In this document: in pieces, positions 27,564 through 36,062 of the stretch
Layout of the letters: every line of letters starts with the position of its first letter
Position numbering within the stretch: the first letter of the stretch is position 1
Assembly (NCBI GenBank): GCA_035545115.1
Contig: DASZZB010000194.1
Coordinates: forward strand, 1-42,980
DNA: 42,980 nucleotides
DNA from: Solirubrobacterales bacterium
Lineage (GTDB): Bacteria > Actinomycetota > Thermoleophilia > Solirubrobacterales > 70-9
Direction: 5' to 3'
Position numbers and translations under genes: made by a program
The notes under the pieces: model-generated
Databases searched by the model: none
The model's input: the letters and a program-made list of their open reading frames with translations, nothing else
What the model was told of the DNA's origin: nothing

Positions 27564-28355
27564 CTACCGTCCGTGGAACTCCGCGTGACCGGGGCCACCG
27601 TGCTCGAGGAAGGCGCGCACGGCGCCCTGCAGGTCCTCGGTGGCGAAGAGGTCCGCGGCCTCGGTCCGCACCGCCTCGTCGGCCGCCGGGATGCCGCCTT
27701 CGCGGAAGCGCCGCAGGATCCGCTTGGTCATCGCGTGGGCGCGGGTCGGGCCTGCGGCGAGCTCGGCGGCGAGGGCCCGGGAGCGCGCCTCGAACTCCTC
27801 CTCCGGGTAGATCTCGTTGACGACGCCCCAGCGCTCCAGCTCGGCCGCCTCGAAGAGCCCGCCGCTCATCACGAACTGGCGCGCGCGCCCCGAGCCCGCC
27901 CGCTCCGCCAGCCGCTGGGTGCCACCCATCGAGGGCGTCAGCCCGACCACCTTCTCGACCAGGCCGAAGCGGGCGCCCGGTGCGGCGACGATCAGGTCGC
28001 AGGCGAGCGCCATCTCGAAGGCGGCGGTGAGGGTGAGCGCGTGGGCGGCGAAGACGACCGGCGCGGGCAGCTCTTCGATCGCATCGATCATCTTCAGGAG
28101 ATCGGTCCAGAGCGCCGCGCCGCTCTCCGGGGTGAGGCCGTCGAAGACGTGGACGTCGACGCCGCCGGAGACGGCGCGGCCCTCCGCCCTGATGAGGAGC
28201 GCGCGGGGCGGCGCCGCGGCGAGCGCCTCGATCGCCGCGCCGAGGTCCTCCATCATCGCCCGGTCGAAGAGGTTCAGCGGCGGGCTGTCGAGGGTGAGGA
28301 CGGTGAGGCCGCCGGGGTCGGACTCGACCCGGACGACGGGCTTGCGGTCGCTCAT
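27564..28355 (-). CDS. enoyl-CoA hydratase/isomerase (crotonase) family protein
   Basis: It has LTLDSPPLNLFD and a GRAVSGGVDV oxyanion region. I placed the start at ATG 28355 (MSDRKPVV), because the track ORF start runs through the intergenic repeat. Confidence 0.85.
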   Translation of the reverse strand: MSDRKPVVRVESDPGGLTVLTLDSPPLNLFDRAMMEDLGAAIEALAAAPPRALLIRAEGRAVSGGVDVHVFDGLTPESGAALWTDLLKMIDAIEELPAPVVFAAHALTLTAAFEMALACDLIVAAPGARFGLVEKVVGLTPSMGGTQRLAERAGSGRARQFVMSGGLFEAAELERWGVVNEIYPEEEFEARSRALAAELAAGPTRAHAMTKRILRRFREGGIPAADEAVRTEAADLFATEDLQGAVRAFLEHGGPGHAEFHGR

Positions 28356-28381
28356 CGGCCGAAATCTATCCACGTCCGCGC

Positions 28382-28420
28382 GTTCGCAGAAATGGTCGCT
28401 ATGCGAAGGGAACTGCGAAC
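28382..28420. repeat. 39-nt palindromic intergenic repeat, copy 1
   Basis: GTTCGCAG-N7-CGCTATGCG-N7-CTGCGAAC. In this copy the arms extend to 12 bp (28378-28424). It lies between the pyk stop and the hydratase start. Confidence 0.85.
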
Positions 28421-28434
28421 GCGCCATCTGGGGG

Positions 28435-29886
28435 CTAAGGGACCCGGTGCACCTCGAAGAGGTTCGTCCCCAGTTCCTGGTCGGGCAGCCCGGCGGTGAT
28501 CCCGATCAGCTCGCCGGAGCGGGCGACGCCGTGCCTGGCGGCGATCGCCGCGCAGTCCTCGAGCAGCGTCCGGATGTCCTCCTCGGGCTTCGACTGCACC
28601 GCGGTGACGCCGAAGAGGAGGTTGAGCCGGCGCACCGTCTCCGGCCGCGGCGAGATCGCCAGCACCGGCACGTTGGGCCGGTGCGCCGAGACGATGCGCG
28701 CGGTCCGGCCGCTCGTCGTCGGCACCACCAGCGCTTTCAGCCCGAGCCGGTAGACCGCCCCGACCGCACTCTGCGCGACCGAGTCGGCGACCTCCTGGGT
28801 CGCCTGGTCGGTGCGCGAGAAGAGCCACTCGCCGTAGCGCAGGTCGGGCTCGGTGGCACGGGCGATCCGGTCCATCACGCGGACGGTCTCGACCGGGTTG
28901 TCGCCGACCGCGGTCTCCTCGGAGAGCATGATCGCGTCGGTGCCGTCGTAGATCGCGTTGGCGACGTCGGTCACCTCGGCCCGGGTCGGGCGCCGCGCGG
29001 TGACCATCGAGGCGAGCATCTGGGTCGCCGTGACGACCGGCTTGGAGAGGCGACCGGCGGTGCGGATCAGGTGCTTCTGCAGGATCGGGACCTCGGCCAG
29101 CGGGACTTCGATCCCGAGGTCGCCGCGGGCGACCATGATGCCGCCGGTCGCCGCCGCGACGATCTCCTCGACGTTGGCGGCCGCCTGCTGGCGCTCGATC
29201 TTGGCGACCAGCGGGATGTCGGAGCCGAGCGCGCGCAGGCGCTCGGTGACCGGCACCAGGTCGGCGGCCGAGGAGACGAAGGAGACGGCGATGATGTCGA
29301 CGCCCTCGCGCACCGCGAAGTCGACCCAGTCGAGGTCGGTTTCCGTCGCCGCGGGCAGTTCGGCGGCGCCGCCGGGGATGTTCATCCCCTTATGCGAGGA
29401 GAGGGTGCCGCCGATCTCGACCTCGGCGTCGACCCCGTCGCCGAGCTGGTCGCCGACGCGCAGCCGGATCGCCCCGTCGGCGAGGTAGACGAGCTGGTTC
29501 TCCTGCAGGCGGGAGACGCCCGTCCAGGAGACCGGGATCGTGCCGCGGTCCCCCTCCACCTGGCGCGGGGTGAGGGTGACGTGCATGCCGGTCTCGAGCT
29601 CCGCGTAGTCGTCGCGGAGGCTGCCGATGCGGAGCTTCGGCCCGGGCAGGTCGCCGAGCACCGCCACCTGGCGACCGACCGCGTCGGCGGCCTTGCGGAT
29701 CGTCGCGATCGTCTGCGCCTGTTTGTCGGGGCCGGCGTGGGAGAAGTTGAGGCGGAAGACGTCGGCGCCGGCCGCGATCAGCTGCTCGAGCACACCGATG
29801 TCCCAGGAGGCGGGGCCGACGGTGGCGATGATCTTGGTGCGCCGATCGAGGTGGGCGCTGGGATTGGCGAGCGGATACGCAGACAT
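28435..29886 (-). CDS. pyk: pyruvate kinase
   Basis: 483 aa. It has the RRTKIIATVGPAS N-terminus, a MVARGDLGIEVP active-site segment and a C-terminal regulatory domain. Confidence 0.9.
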   Translation of the reverse strand: MSAYPLANPSAHLDRRTKIIATVGPASWDIGVLEQLIAAGADVFRLNFSHAGPDKQAQTIATIRKAADAVGRQVAVLGDLPGPKLRIGSLRDDYAELETGMHVTLTPRQVEGDRGTIPVSWTGVSRLQENQLVYLADGAIRLRVGDQLGDGVDAEVEIGGTLSSHKGMNIPGGAAELPAATETDLDWVDFAVREGVDIIAVSFVSSAADLVPVTERLRALGSDIPLVAKIERQQAAANVEEIVAAATGGIMVARGDLGIEVPLAEVPILQKHLIRTAGRLSKPVVTATQMLASMVTARRPTRAEVTDVANAIYDGTDAIMLSEETAVGDNPVETVRVMDRIARATEPDLRYGEWLFSRTDQATQEVADSVAQSAVGAVYRLGLKALVVPTTSGRTARIVSAHRPNVPVLAISPRPETVRRLNLLFGVTAVQSKPEEDIRTLLEDCAAIAARHGVARSGELIGITAGLPDQELGTNLFEVHRVP

Positions 29887-29963
29887 CCCCGCCCAGAGTA
29901 GTCACAGGGCGCGCAGTAGGTGACGTGGCCGTGACGGAACCGCCGATCGGGGGATGCGGCACC

Positions 29964-30014
29964 GGGCGCGGTCGACCTGAGTGAACCTATGGCTAACGTA
30001 GGTCGACCGCGCCC
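29964..30014. promoter_or_regulatory. 15-bp perfect inverted repeat in the pyk / P450 divergent intergenic region (candidate operator or structured leader)
   Basis: GGGCGCGGTCGACCT (29964-29978), a 21-nt spacer, then AGGTCGACCGCGCCC (30000-30014). Confidence 0.4.
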
Positions 30015-30037
30015 GCGGCGCTGGAGATTTGTGTGAG

Positions 30038-31549
30038 ATGCGTCCGGTTGACCGTGACATCGATGTGTGCAACCTTGGCGCTGCGATGGCGACGTCCCCG
30101 AGCGCAGTCGAGTCCCGCCACGGCGCCTCCACGGAGGCGTCCGCCGAGTCCCCGGCTCCCCTCTTCCCGGAGCTCGTCGGCGCCGCGCCCCCCTCCCCCG
30201 CCGGCCCGATCGACGCGGCCGAGGCGGCGGAGCTCGCCGCGCCGCCGGACATCGCGCTGCCGAAACTCACCCAGACGCTGCGCTTCACGGTGCGCCAGAT
30301 CGAGTTCGTCTTCCGGGCGCGCCGCGAGCTCGGCGAAGTCTTCCGCATGCAAGGGGTGATCCCCGGCGGGCCGATCATCACCAGCCACCCTGACCACGTC
30401 CGCTCGCTCTTCACCGCCAAGCCCGAGCAGGCACCGTCGCTGACTGGCGAATCGCCGCTGCGGCCGATCGTCGGTCCGAACTCGGTGCTCACCGCGGTCG
30501 GGCCCCGCCACATGCGCCAACGCAAGCTGCTGCTGCCGCTCTTCCACGGCGAGGCGATCGATCAGTACACGCAGATGATCACCGCGGCGGCGGAGCGGGA
30601 GATCGACAGCTGGCCGGTCGGCGAGACGATGGCGCTGGCGCCGCGGATGCAGGCGATCACGCTCGACGTGATCATGGCCGGGATCTTCGGCATCGAGGGC
30701 AGGCCCGCCGCGGGGACGCCGGAGGCGGCGCTGCGGACCGGGGTCCGCAAGGCCGTCGCCTCCTCGACCTGGCCGACCTCGCAGCTGACCGAACTGCTGC
30801 ACGTCGGCCGCGAGGAGCCGATGGGCCCGCTGAAGGTCTGGCTCGCGATGCTCGACCGGCCGACCTACGCGGTGATCCAGGCACGGCGTCAGGCGAGCGA
30901 TCTCGAGGAGCGCCGCGACATCCTCTCGGTCCTCCTGCAGGCGCGGACCGAGGAGGGCGAGGCGCTCGACGACAAAGAAGTCCGCGACGAGCTCCTCACC
31001 CTGGTGCTGGCGGGCCACGAGACGACCGCCAACTCGCTCGCCTGGGCCTGGGAGCGCCTCGTCCGCAACCCCGAGCCGCACGCGGCGCTGGTCGAGGCGG
31101 TGCGCCGCGACGAGGGCGCCGCCGAGCGGGTCGAGGCGACGATCGTCGAGACGATGCGCTCCCGCCCGGTGATCCCGATCATCGGCCGCCGCGTCCAGGT
31201 CCCCTGGCGCCTCGGCGAGTACCGCGCCGAGCCGGGCACGGCGATCGCGATGAGCATCCTCCTCGTCCACCACCGCGAGGACGTCTACCCCGACCCCTTC
31301 GCCTTCCGCCCCGAGCGCTGGCTCGGCCGCAAGCCCGGGACCTACGACTGGATCCCCTTCGGCGGCGGCATCCGCCGCTGCCTCGGCGCCGCCCTGGCGA
31401 TGGCCGAGCAGCGCGTCGTCCTCACCGCGATGGCCCGCCGTCTCGACCTGGTCGCCGACCGCCCCGACCCCGAGCGCGCCATGCACCGCAACGTGACGAT
31501 GATCCCGGCGCGCGGCGCGCGCGTGAAGGTCGTCGCAAAGCACGGCTGA
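30038..31549 (+). CDS. cytochrome P450
   Basis: It has the heme-binding loop FGGGIRRCLGAALA, the ExxR motif (ETMR) and an AGHETT I-helix. The ATG at 30038 has GGAGA 10 nt upstream. Alternative starts are 30029 (TTG) and 30086 (ATG). Confidence 0.85.
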   Translation: MRPVDRDIDVCNLGAAMATSPSAVESRHGASTEASAESPAPLFPELVGAAPPSPAGPIDAAEAAELAAPPDIALPKLTQTLRFTVRQIEFVFRARRELGEVFRMQGVIPGGPIITSHPDHVRSLFTAKPEQAPSLTGESPLRPIVGPNSVLTAVGPRHMRQRKLLLPLFHGEAIDQYTQMITAAAEREIDSWPVGETMALAPRMQAITLDVIMAGIFGIEGRPAAGTPEAALRTGVRKAVASSTWPTSQLTELLHVGREEPMGPLKVWLAMLDRPTYAVIQARRQASDLEERRDILSVLLQARTEEGEALDDKEVRDELLTLVLAGHETTANSLAWAWERLVRNPEPHAALVEAVRRDEGAAERVEATIVETMRSRPVIPIIGRRVQVPWRLGEYRAEPGTAIAMSILLVHHREDVYPDPFAFRPERWLGRKPGTYDWIPFGGGIRRCLGAALAMAEQRVVLTAMARRLDLVADRPDPERAMHRNVTMIPARGARVKVVAKHG

Positions 31550-31572
31550 GCGCTCAACCGAGGCGCCTCAGC

Positions 31573-31803
31573 TCACCAACTGGAGCGACCGGCGTCGCTG
31601 AGGAGCAGGAGCGGCTCGATCTTCAGCTTCCCGGCGATCCTTTCCACCGACCGCAGGCTGACGTTGCGCTCGCCGCGCTCGAGCGCGCCCATGTAGGTGC
31701 GATGAACGCCGAGCACATCGGCGAACGCCTCCTGGCTCAGGTCTTCGGCTTCTCGAAAGGCGCGCAGGTTCTTCCCGAGGGTGCGCTGAAGATCGTCCGC
31801 CAT
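31573..31803 (-). CDS. XRE-family helix-turn-helix transcriptional regulator
   Basis: 76 aa. LRAFREAEDLSQEAFADVLGVHRTYMGALERGERNVSL is a classic Cro/C1 HTH. Confidence 0.85.
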   Translation of the reverse strand: MADDLQRTLGKNLRAFREAEDLSQEAFADVLGVHRTYMGALERGERNVSLRSVERIAGKLKIEPLLLLSDAGRSSW

Positions 31804-31845
31804 CTGAGCTGGGACGGTCCCCCATCGCTATGTTTAACTCTACAG

Positions 31846-31855
31846 ACTTATAAGT
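31846..31855. promoter_or_regulatory. AT-rich 10-bp perfect palindrome upstream of the XRE gene (candidate operator or -10 region)
   Basis: ACTTATAAGT lies 43 nt upstream of the XRE ATG, inside the only AT-rich patch of this intergenic region. Confidence 0.3.
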
Positions 31856-31937
31856 AGCGCTTGTCCGATGTGAGAAAGCGCAAGAAACCGTGGAGAGATT
31901 TCTCCGTGGCCGGGTGCCCCCACCGTCGCCGCGGCCA

Positions 31938-32026
31938 CGGAGAGGGAGGGATTCGAACCCTCGAGAGAGCTTGCGCCCCCTACTCGCTTAGCAGGCGAGT
32001 GCCTTCAGCCACTCGGCCACCTCTCC
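31938..32026 (-). tRNA. tRNA-Ser (anticodon GCU)
   Basis: The reverse complement has acceptor GGAGAGG/CCTCTCC, anticodon stem CTCGC/GCGAG with loop CTGCTAA, a long variable arm and T-loop TTCGAAT. Confidence 0.9.
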
Positions 32027-32106
32027 GGGTCCGCGAGCCGGATCGCCCGTCCCGCGAAGGACCGATTGTAGGTACTGACCGGGGATCGCGGGATTAGGCT
32101 GACGCG

Positions 32107-33318
32107 GTGTCCTCGCCTCCCCCGCAATCGCACGAGCGCTACGAGCGGATCTTCGCCGAGGTCGAGGCGCCCTTCGCCTTCGTCGACCTCGACGCGATGT
32201 GGGCGAACGCGGACGCGCTGCTCGGGCGGGCCGGGGGCAAGCCGATCCGGGTGGCGACCAAGTCGATCCGCTGCCGGGCGCTGATCGCGGAGATCCTCGG
32301 CCGCGACGCGCGCTTTTCCGGGCTGATGACCTACACGCTGCCGGAGACGCTGTGGCTTGCCGAGCACGGCCACGAGGACCTGCTGCTCGCCTATCCGACC
32401 GCCGACTCCGCGGCGTTGCGGGAGCTGGCGCTGCGCTCGGCCGGCGACCCCGAGCGGGCGCCGCTGATCATGGTCGACTGCGTCGAGCACCTGGAGGGGA
32501 TCGAGTCGGTGCTCGGGGCCGACGCGCCGCCGATCCGCGTCTGCATCGACATCGACGCGAGCTGGTGGGCGCTCGGCGGGCGGATCAAGGTGGGGCCGAA
32601 GCGCTCGCCCGTGCACACGGTCGAGCAGGCCGTCGCCCTGGCGCGCGAGATCGAACGGCGGCCGCAGATCGAACTCGACGCGCTGATGGCATACGAGGGC
32701 CAGATCGCCGGGGTGGGCGACCGGCCGCCCGGGCGCCGGCTGCGCGGCGCCGCGATCCGCTTCATGCAGAAGCGCTCGGCGAGGGAGCTGGCCGAGCGGC
32801 GCGCCGCGATCGTTGCCGCGATCGGCGAGTTCTGCGAGCTCGAGGTGGTGAACGGAGGCGGCACCGGCAGCCTGGAGACGACCGGGGCCGAGGCGGCGGT
32901 GACCGAGGTGACCGCGGGCTCCGGCTTCTACGCCCCCACCCTCTTCGACCATTACAGCCGCTTCAGCCCGATCCCGGCGGCGGCGTTCGCGCTGCCGATC
33001 GTCCGCCGGCCGGGGCCCGGGGTGGTGACCGCGCTCGGCGGCGGCTATCTCGCCTCCGGCGCCGGCGACGCCGCGCGCCTGCCTTCGCCCTGGCTGCCGT
33101 CGGGACTGAGGCTCGACGCCGAGGAGGGCGCCGGCGAGGTACAGACGCCGCTGCTCGGCGCCCCCGCCGACGACCTCGCGGTCGGCGACCGCGTCTACAT
33201 CCGCCACACCAAGGCGGGCGAGCTCTGCGAGCACTTCGACGTCCTCCACCTGGTCGAAGGCGAGGAGATCGTCGACGTCGTCCCCACCTACCGAGGCGAG
33301 GGCAAGACCTTCCTCTGA
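32107..33318 (+). CDS. PLP-dependent enzyme, alanine-racemase N-terminal fold (D-serine dehydratase / D-threonine aldolase-like)
   Basis: 403 aa with a GTG start. GKPIRVATKSIRC carries the PLP-lysine context typical of the DSD1-like family. Confidence 0.65.
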   Translation: MSSPPPQSHERYERIFAEVEAPFAFVDLDAMWANADALLGRAGGKPIRVATKSIRCRALIAEILGRDARFSGLMTYTLPETLWLAEHGHEDLLLAYPTADSAALRELALRSAGDPERAPLIMVDCVEHLEGIESVLGADAPPIRVCIDIDASWWALGGRIKVGPKRSPVHTVEQAVALAREIERRPQIELDALMAYEGQIAGVGDRPPGRRLRGAAIRFMQKRSARELAERRAAIVAAIGEFCELEVVNGGGTGSLETTGAEAAVTEVTAGSGFYAPTLFDHYSRFSPIPAAAFALPIVRRPGPGVVTALGGGYLASGAGDAARLPSPWLPSGLRLDAEEGAGEVQTPLLGAPADDLAVGDRVYIRHTKAGELCEHFDVLHLVEGEEIVDVVPTYRGEGKTFL

Positions 33319-33371
33319 TGTTGATGGGCCTAAAAGTCCTCTATATCAGGACTTTTCGGCCCATCAACATC
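33317..33371. terminator. 55-nt hairpin between convergent genes (24-bp stem with 1 mismatch, 7-nt loop)
   Basis: GATGTTGATGGGCCTAAAAGTCCT-ctatatc-AGGACTTTTCGGCCCATCAACATC. The arms overlap both stop codons (33316-33318 and 33370-33372). Confidence 0.6.
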
Positions 33372-34683
33372 AAGGCCCCAGGACGCGCTCGGCGTAGGGG
33401 TTGGTGAAGACGCGCTTCGGGTCGAGCTCGTCGCGGGCGCGCTGGAAGGCGGCCCAGCGGGGATAGCGCGGGGCCAGCGTCGCGGCGGTCTGGAAGTGAC
33501 GCTTACCCCAGTGGGGGCGGCCCGCGTAGTCGTCCATGATCGCCTCGACCGCCTCGAAGTAGGGCCGCCATTCCATCCCCCGGTATTGGTGGACGGCGAT
33601 GTAGGCGGTGTCGCGTTCGTGGGCGGCGCTGAGGTCGGCGTCGTCGCCGGCCGCGACCCGCACCTCGAGCGGGAAGAAGACCGGGAAGCGGTTGGCCCGC
33701 ACCCACTCGATCACCCGGCGCACCGCGGTCGGGCCGTCGGCGCGCGGCACCGCGTACTCCATCTCGGTGAAGCGGACGGTCCGCCGGTTGACGAAGATCC
33801 GGTGGCTCGTGTCCTGGTTGCGGCCGCCGCCCGCGACCAGCCCGGCCAGCTTCGCCAGGGCCGGGATCGCGCGCGGCATCGCCTTGCCGGTCGCGGCGAG
33901 CGCCTCGAAAGCCCAGTTCTCCAGCACGACGTCGTTGAGGTGGGCGGCGAACCGGCCGCGCGGTGCGGGCGGCGCCGCGACCCGGTTGCGCTCGAGCACG
34001 AGGGCGCGGTCGGAGTAGGGGAAGGTGAAGAGCTCGAAGTGGTCGTTGGCGGCGGCCAGCTCGTCGAAGCGATCGAGCACGTCCTCGCGCCGGTGCGAGG
34101 AATCGACCCGCCGCAGGGTGAAGGCGGGAAAGCAGCGGAGCGTCACCGCGCTGATCGCGCCGAGCGCCCCGACGCCGATCCGCGCCGCCCGCAGCAGCTC
34201 CGGATCGCCCGCCGCGGTCAGGTCGCGGACGCTGCCGTCGCCGAGCACCAGCTCGACCCCCTCGACCCGCGCCGAGATGTTGCCGAAGCGCGCTCCGGTG
34301 CCGTGGGTGCCGGTCGAGATCGTCCCGGCGACGGTCTGCGCGTCGATGTCGCCGAGGTTCTCCAGCGCCAGCCCGAGCGCCGTCAGCTCCTCGTTCAGGT
34401 CGGCGAGCACGGTGCCGGCGCCGACCCGGACCAGGCCGCTCTCCCGGTCGGCCTCCAGGACGCCGCGGAGCGCCTCCAGCCGCAGCATCGTCGCATCGGT
34501 CATCGCCGCCTCGGTGAACGAGTGGCCGGACCCGGTGACCGAGAGCCTCTCCCCCGCCGCCGCCGCTGCCCCGACCGCCTCGGCCAGCTCCTCGCGCGAG
34601 CGTGGCGCGAGGATCCGCGCCGGGCGACAGCGCTGGTCGCCCGCCCAGTTGGTCCACTCGCCGCTCTGCGTCAGCGGATCCAC
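33370..34683 (-). CDS. FAD-linked oxidoreductase, D-arabinono-1,4-lactone / L-gulonolactone oxidase family
   Basis: 437 aa. It has a PCMH-type FAD domain with GSGHSF and a C-terminal ALO-domain motif GRPHWGK. Confidence 0.8.
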   Translation of the reverse strand: MDPLTQSGEWTNWAGDQRCRPARILAPRSREELAEAVGAAAAAGERLSVTGSGHSFTEAAMTDATMLRLEALRGVLEADRESGLVRVGAGTVLADLNEELTALGLALENLGDIDAQTVAGTISTGTHGTGARFGNISARVEGVELVLGDGSVRDLTAAGDPELLRAARIGVGALGAISAVTLRCFPAFTLRRVDSSHRREDVLDRFDELAAANDHFELFTFPYSDRALVLERNRVAAPPAPRGRFAAHLNDVVLENWAFEALAATGKAMPRAIPALAKLAGLVAGGGRNQDTSHRIFVNRRTVRFTEMEYAVPRADGPTAVRRVIEWVRANRFPVFFPLEVRVAAGDDADLSAAHERDTAYIAVHQYRGMEWRPYFEAVEAIMDDYAGRPHWGKRHFQTAATLAPRYPRWAAFQRARDELDPKRVFTNPYAERVLGP

Positions 34684-34710
34684 GGCCCAAGTATCCCGTC
34701 ACCCAGATGA

Positions 34711-34749
34711 GTTCGCAGTTCCGACCGCATAGCGAACAGAACTGCGAAC
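34711..34749. repeat. 39-nt palindromic intergenic repeat, copy 2
   Basis: GTTCGCAG-N7-CGCATAGCG-N7-CTGCGAAC. It lies between the MFS stop and the FAD oxidase start. Confidence 0.85.
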
Positions 34750-34759
34750 GCCCGGCGGG

Positions 34760-35911
34760 CTACCCCTCCGCGGGGACCGGGTCCGGCCCGAGCGCGCGGA
34801 ACGCGTAGAGGATCGTCGCGACCAGGAGGGCGGCGATCGCGATGCTCGGCGCCGCGTCGCCGGTCGCCCCCGCGACCCCCGCCCCGGCGACCCCGCCCAG
34901 CACCTGGGCCGCCGCCCAGGCCATGTTGGTGACGCCGGCCGCGTAGCCCTGGTGGAGGCCGCTCGCCTCGGCGCTGTCGGCGATCAGCGTCATCGCCGGC
35001 GCGAAGCAGAGGCCGGAGCCGAGCGCGCTGATCAACAGCGAGCCGATGGCCACGGCCAGCGAGCCGGCAAGGCCGAAGATCACCATCGCCACCGCGCAGA
35101 TCGCCATGCCGGCCACGTAAGGAGCGCGGCGGCCGACCCGGTCGGCGAGCCGCCCGGCGATCGGCGCGAGCACCGACTCGACCGCCGCGCCGCCGATGAA
35201 GCCGATCGCGATCAGCGTGTGGCCGCCGCCGAGCACGTTGATCCGCAGCGGCAGGAGCACGTCGATGGCTCCATACATCAGCGACGGCGAGCTGACGAAG
35301 ATCGCCGCCTCGACCAGCGGCCGGTCGACCAGGCAGGCAAGGACCTCGCGCAGCGGTTGGCGCTCGCGGACGACGGTGTCGGGGAAGCGGGCGGCGATGC
35401 AGGCGAGGCCGAGGGCGACGACGAGGACCGCGTCGAAGACCGCCTCGGTGCCGATCGAGGCGGCCAGCGCGCCCAGCACCGGCCCGAGCAGGGAGCCGGC
35501 GACGGCGGTCCCCAGCGCGGTCCCGATCACCGAGCCGCGCTTCTCCTCCGGATAGCTGTTGATCAGCCAGGTGAGCGCGCCGGACCAGATCAGCGCCCCG
35601 GCGATCCCTTGGATGAAGCGCGCCAGATCGAGCGGGTAGGCGCTCTTCAGGAGGCCGAAGAGGAGGCTGGCGAAGCCGAGCGCGCAGAGCCCTCCGATCA
35701 CCGTCCGGCGGGGGCCGAAGCGACTGGCGACGTAGCCCGCCGGCAGCGACGCGGCGAGCGTCCCCGCCGCGTAGGCGGCGGAGAGGATCCCGGCCTGCGC
35801 CGTGCTGAGGTGAAGGTCGTGGACGTAGGTCGGCAGAAGCGGCGCGATCGCCGTGAAGAAGGTGAGGTCGAGGAAGACCATCGCCGAGGCGAGCACGAGC
35901 AGACGCCGCAT
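34760..35911 (-). CDS. MFS transporter
   Basis: About 12 predicted hydrophobic helices. I placed the start at ATG 35911 (MRRLLVLASAM); the track start is a TTG at 35923. Confidence 0.8.
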   Translation of the reverse strand: MRRLLVLASAMVFLDLTFFTAIAPLLPTYVHDLHLSTAQAGILSAAYAAGTLAASLPAGYVASRFGPRRTVIGGLCALGFASLLFGLLKSAYPLDLARFIQGIAGALIWSGALTWLINSYPEEKRGSVIGTALGTAVAGSLLGPVLGALAASIGTEAVFDAVLVVALGLACIAARFPDTVVRERQPLREVLACLVDRPLVEAAIFVSSPSLMYGAIDVLLPLRINVLGGGHTLIAIGFIGGAAVESVLAPIAGRLADRVGRRAPYVAGMAICAVAMVIFGLAGSLAVAIGSLLISALGSGLCFAPAMTLIADSAEASGLHQGYAAGVTNMAWAAAQVLGGVAGAGVAGATGDAAPSIAIAALLVATILYAFRALGPDPVPAEG

Positions 35912-35932
35912 GGCACCATCCAATCAGCCTCA

Positions 35933-36021
35933 GGAGGGGTGGCAGAGCGGTTGAATGCGGCGGCCTTGAAAGCCGTTGGGCGTCTTACGGCGTCTCGTGG
36001 GTTCGAATCCCACCCCCTCCG
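35933..36021 (+). tRNA. tRNA-Ser (anticodon UGA)
   Basis: It has acceptor GGAGGGG/CCCCTCC, anticodon loop CTTGAAA, a long variable arm and T-arm GTGGG-TTCGAAT-CCCAC. Confidence 0.85.
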
Positions 36022-36062
36022 CTGCGGCAGGAAACGGGGCCCGCCGGCCGAACGTCCCGAAC

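Noticed and set aside
27817-29901. 694-aa plus-strand ORF across the hydratase and pyruvate kinase genes
   Set aside because: It is antisense to two well-supported genes and crosses their intergenic repeat. Its composition is shadow-like.
31573-31803. The XRE gene as the antitoxin of a toxin-antitoxin pair or as a prophage repressor
   Set aside because: There is no adjacent small toxin ORF and no phage gene. The neighbours are a P450 and a tRNA.
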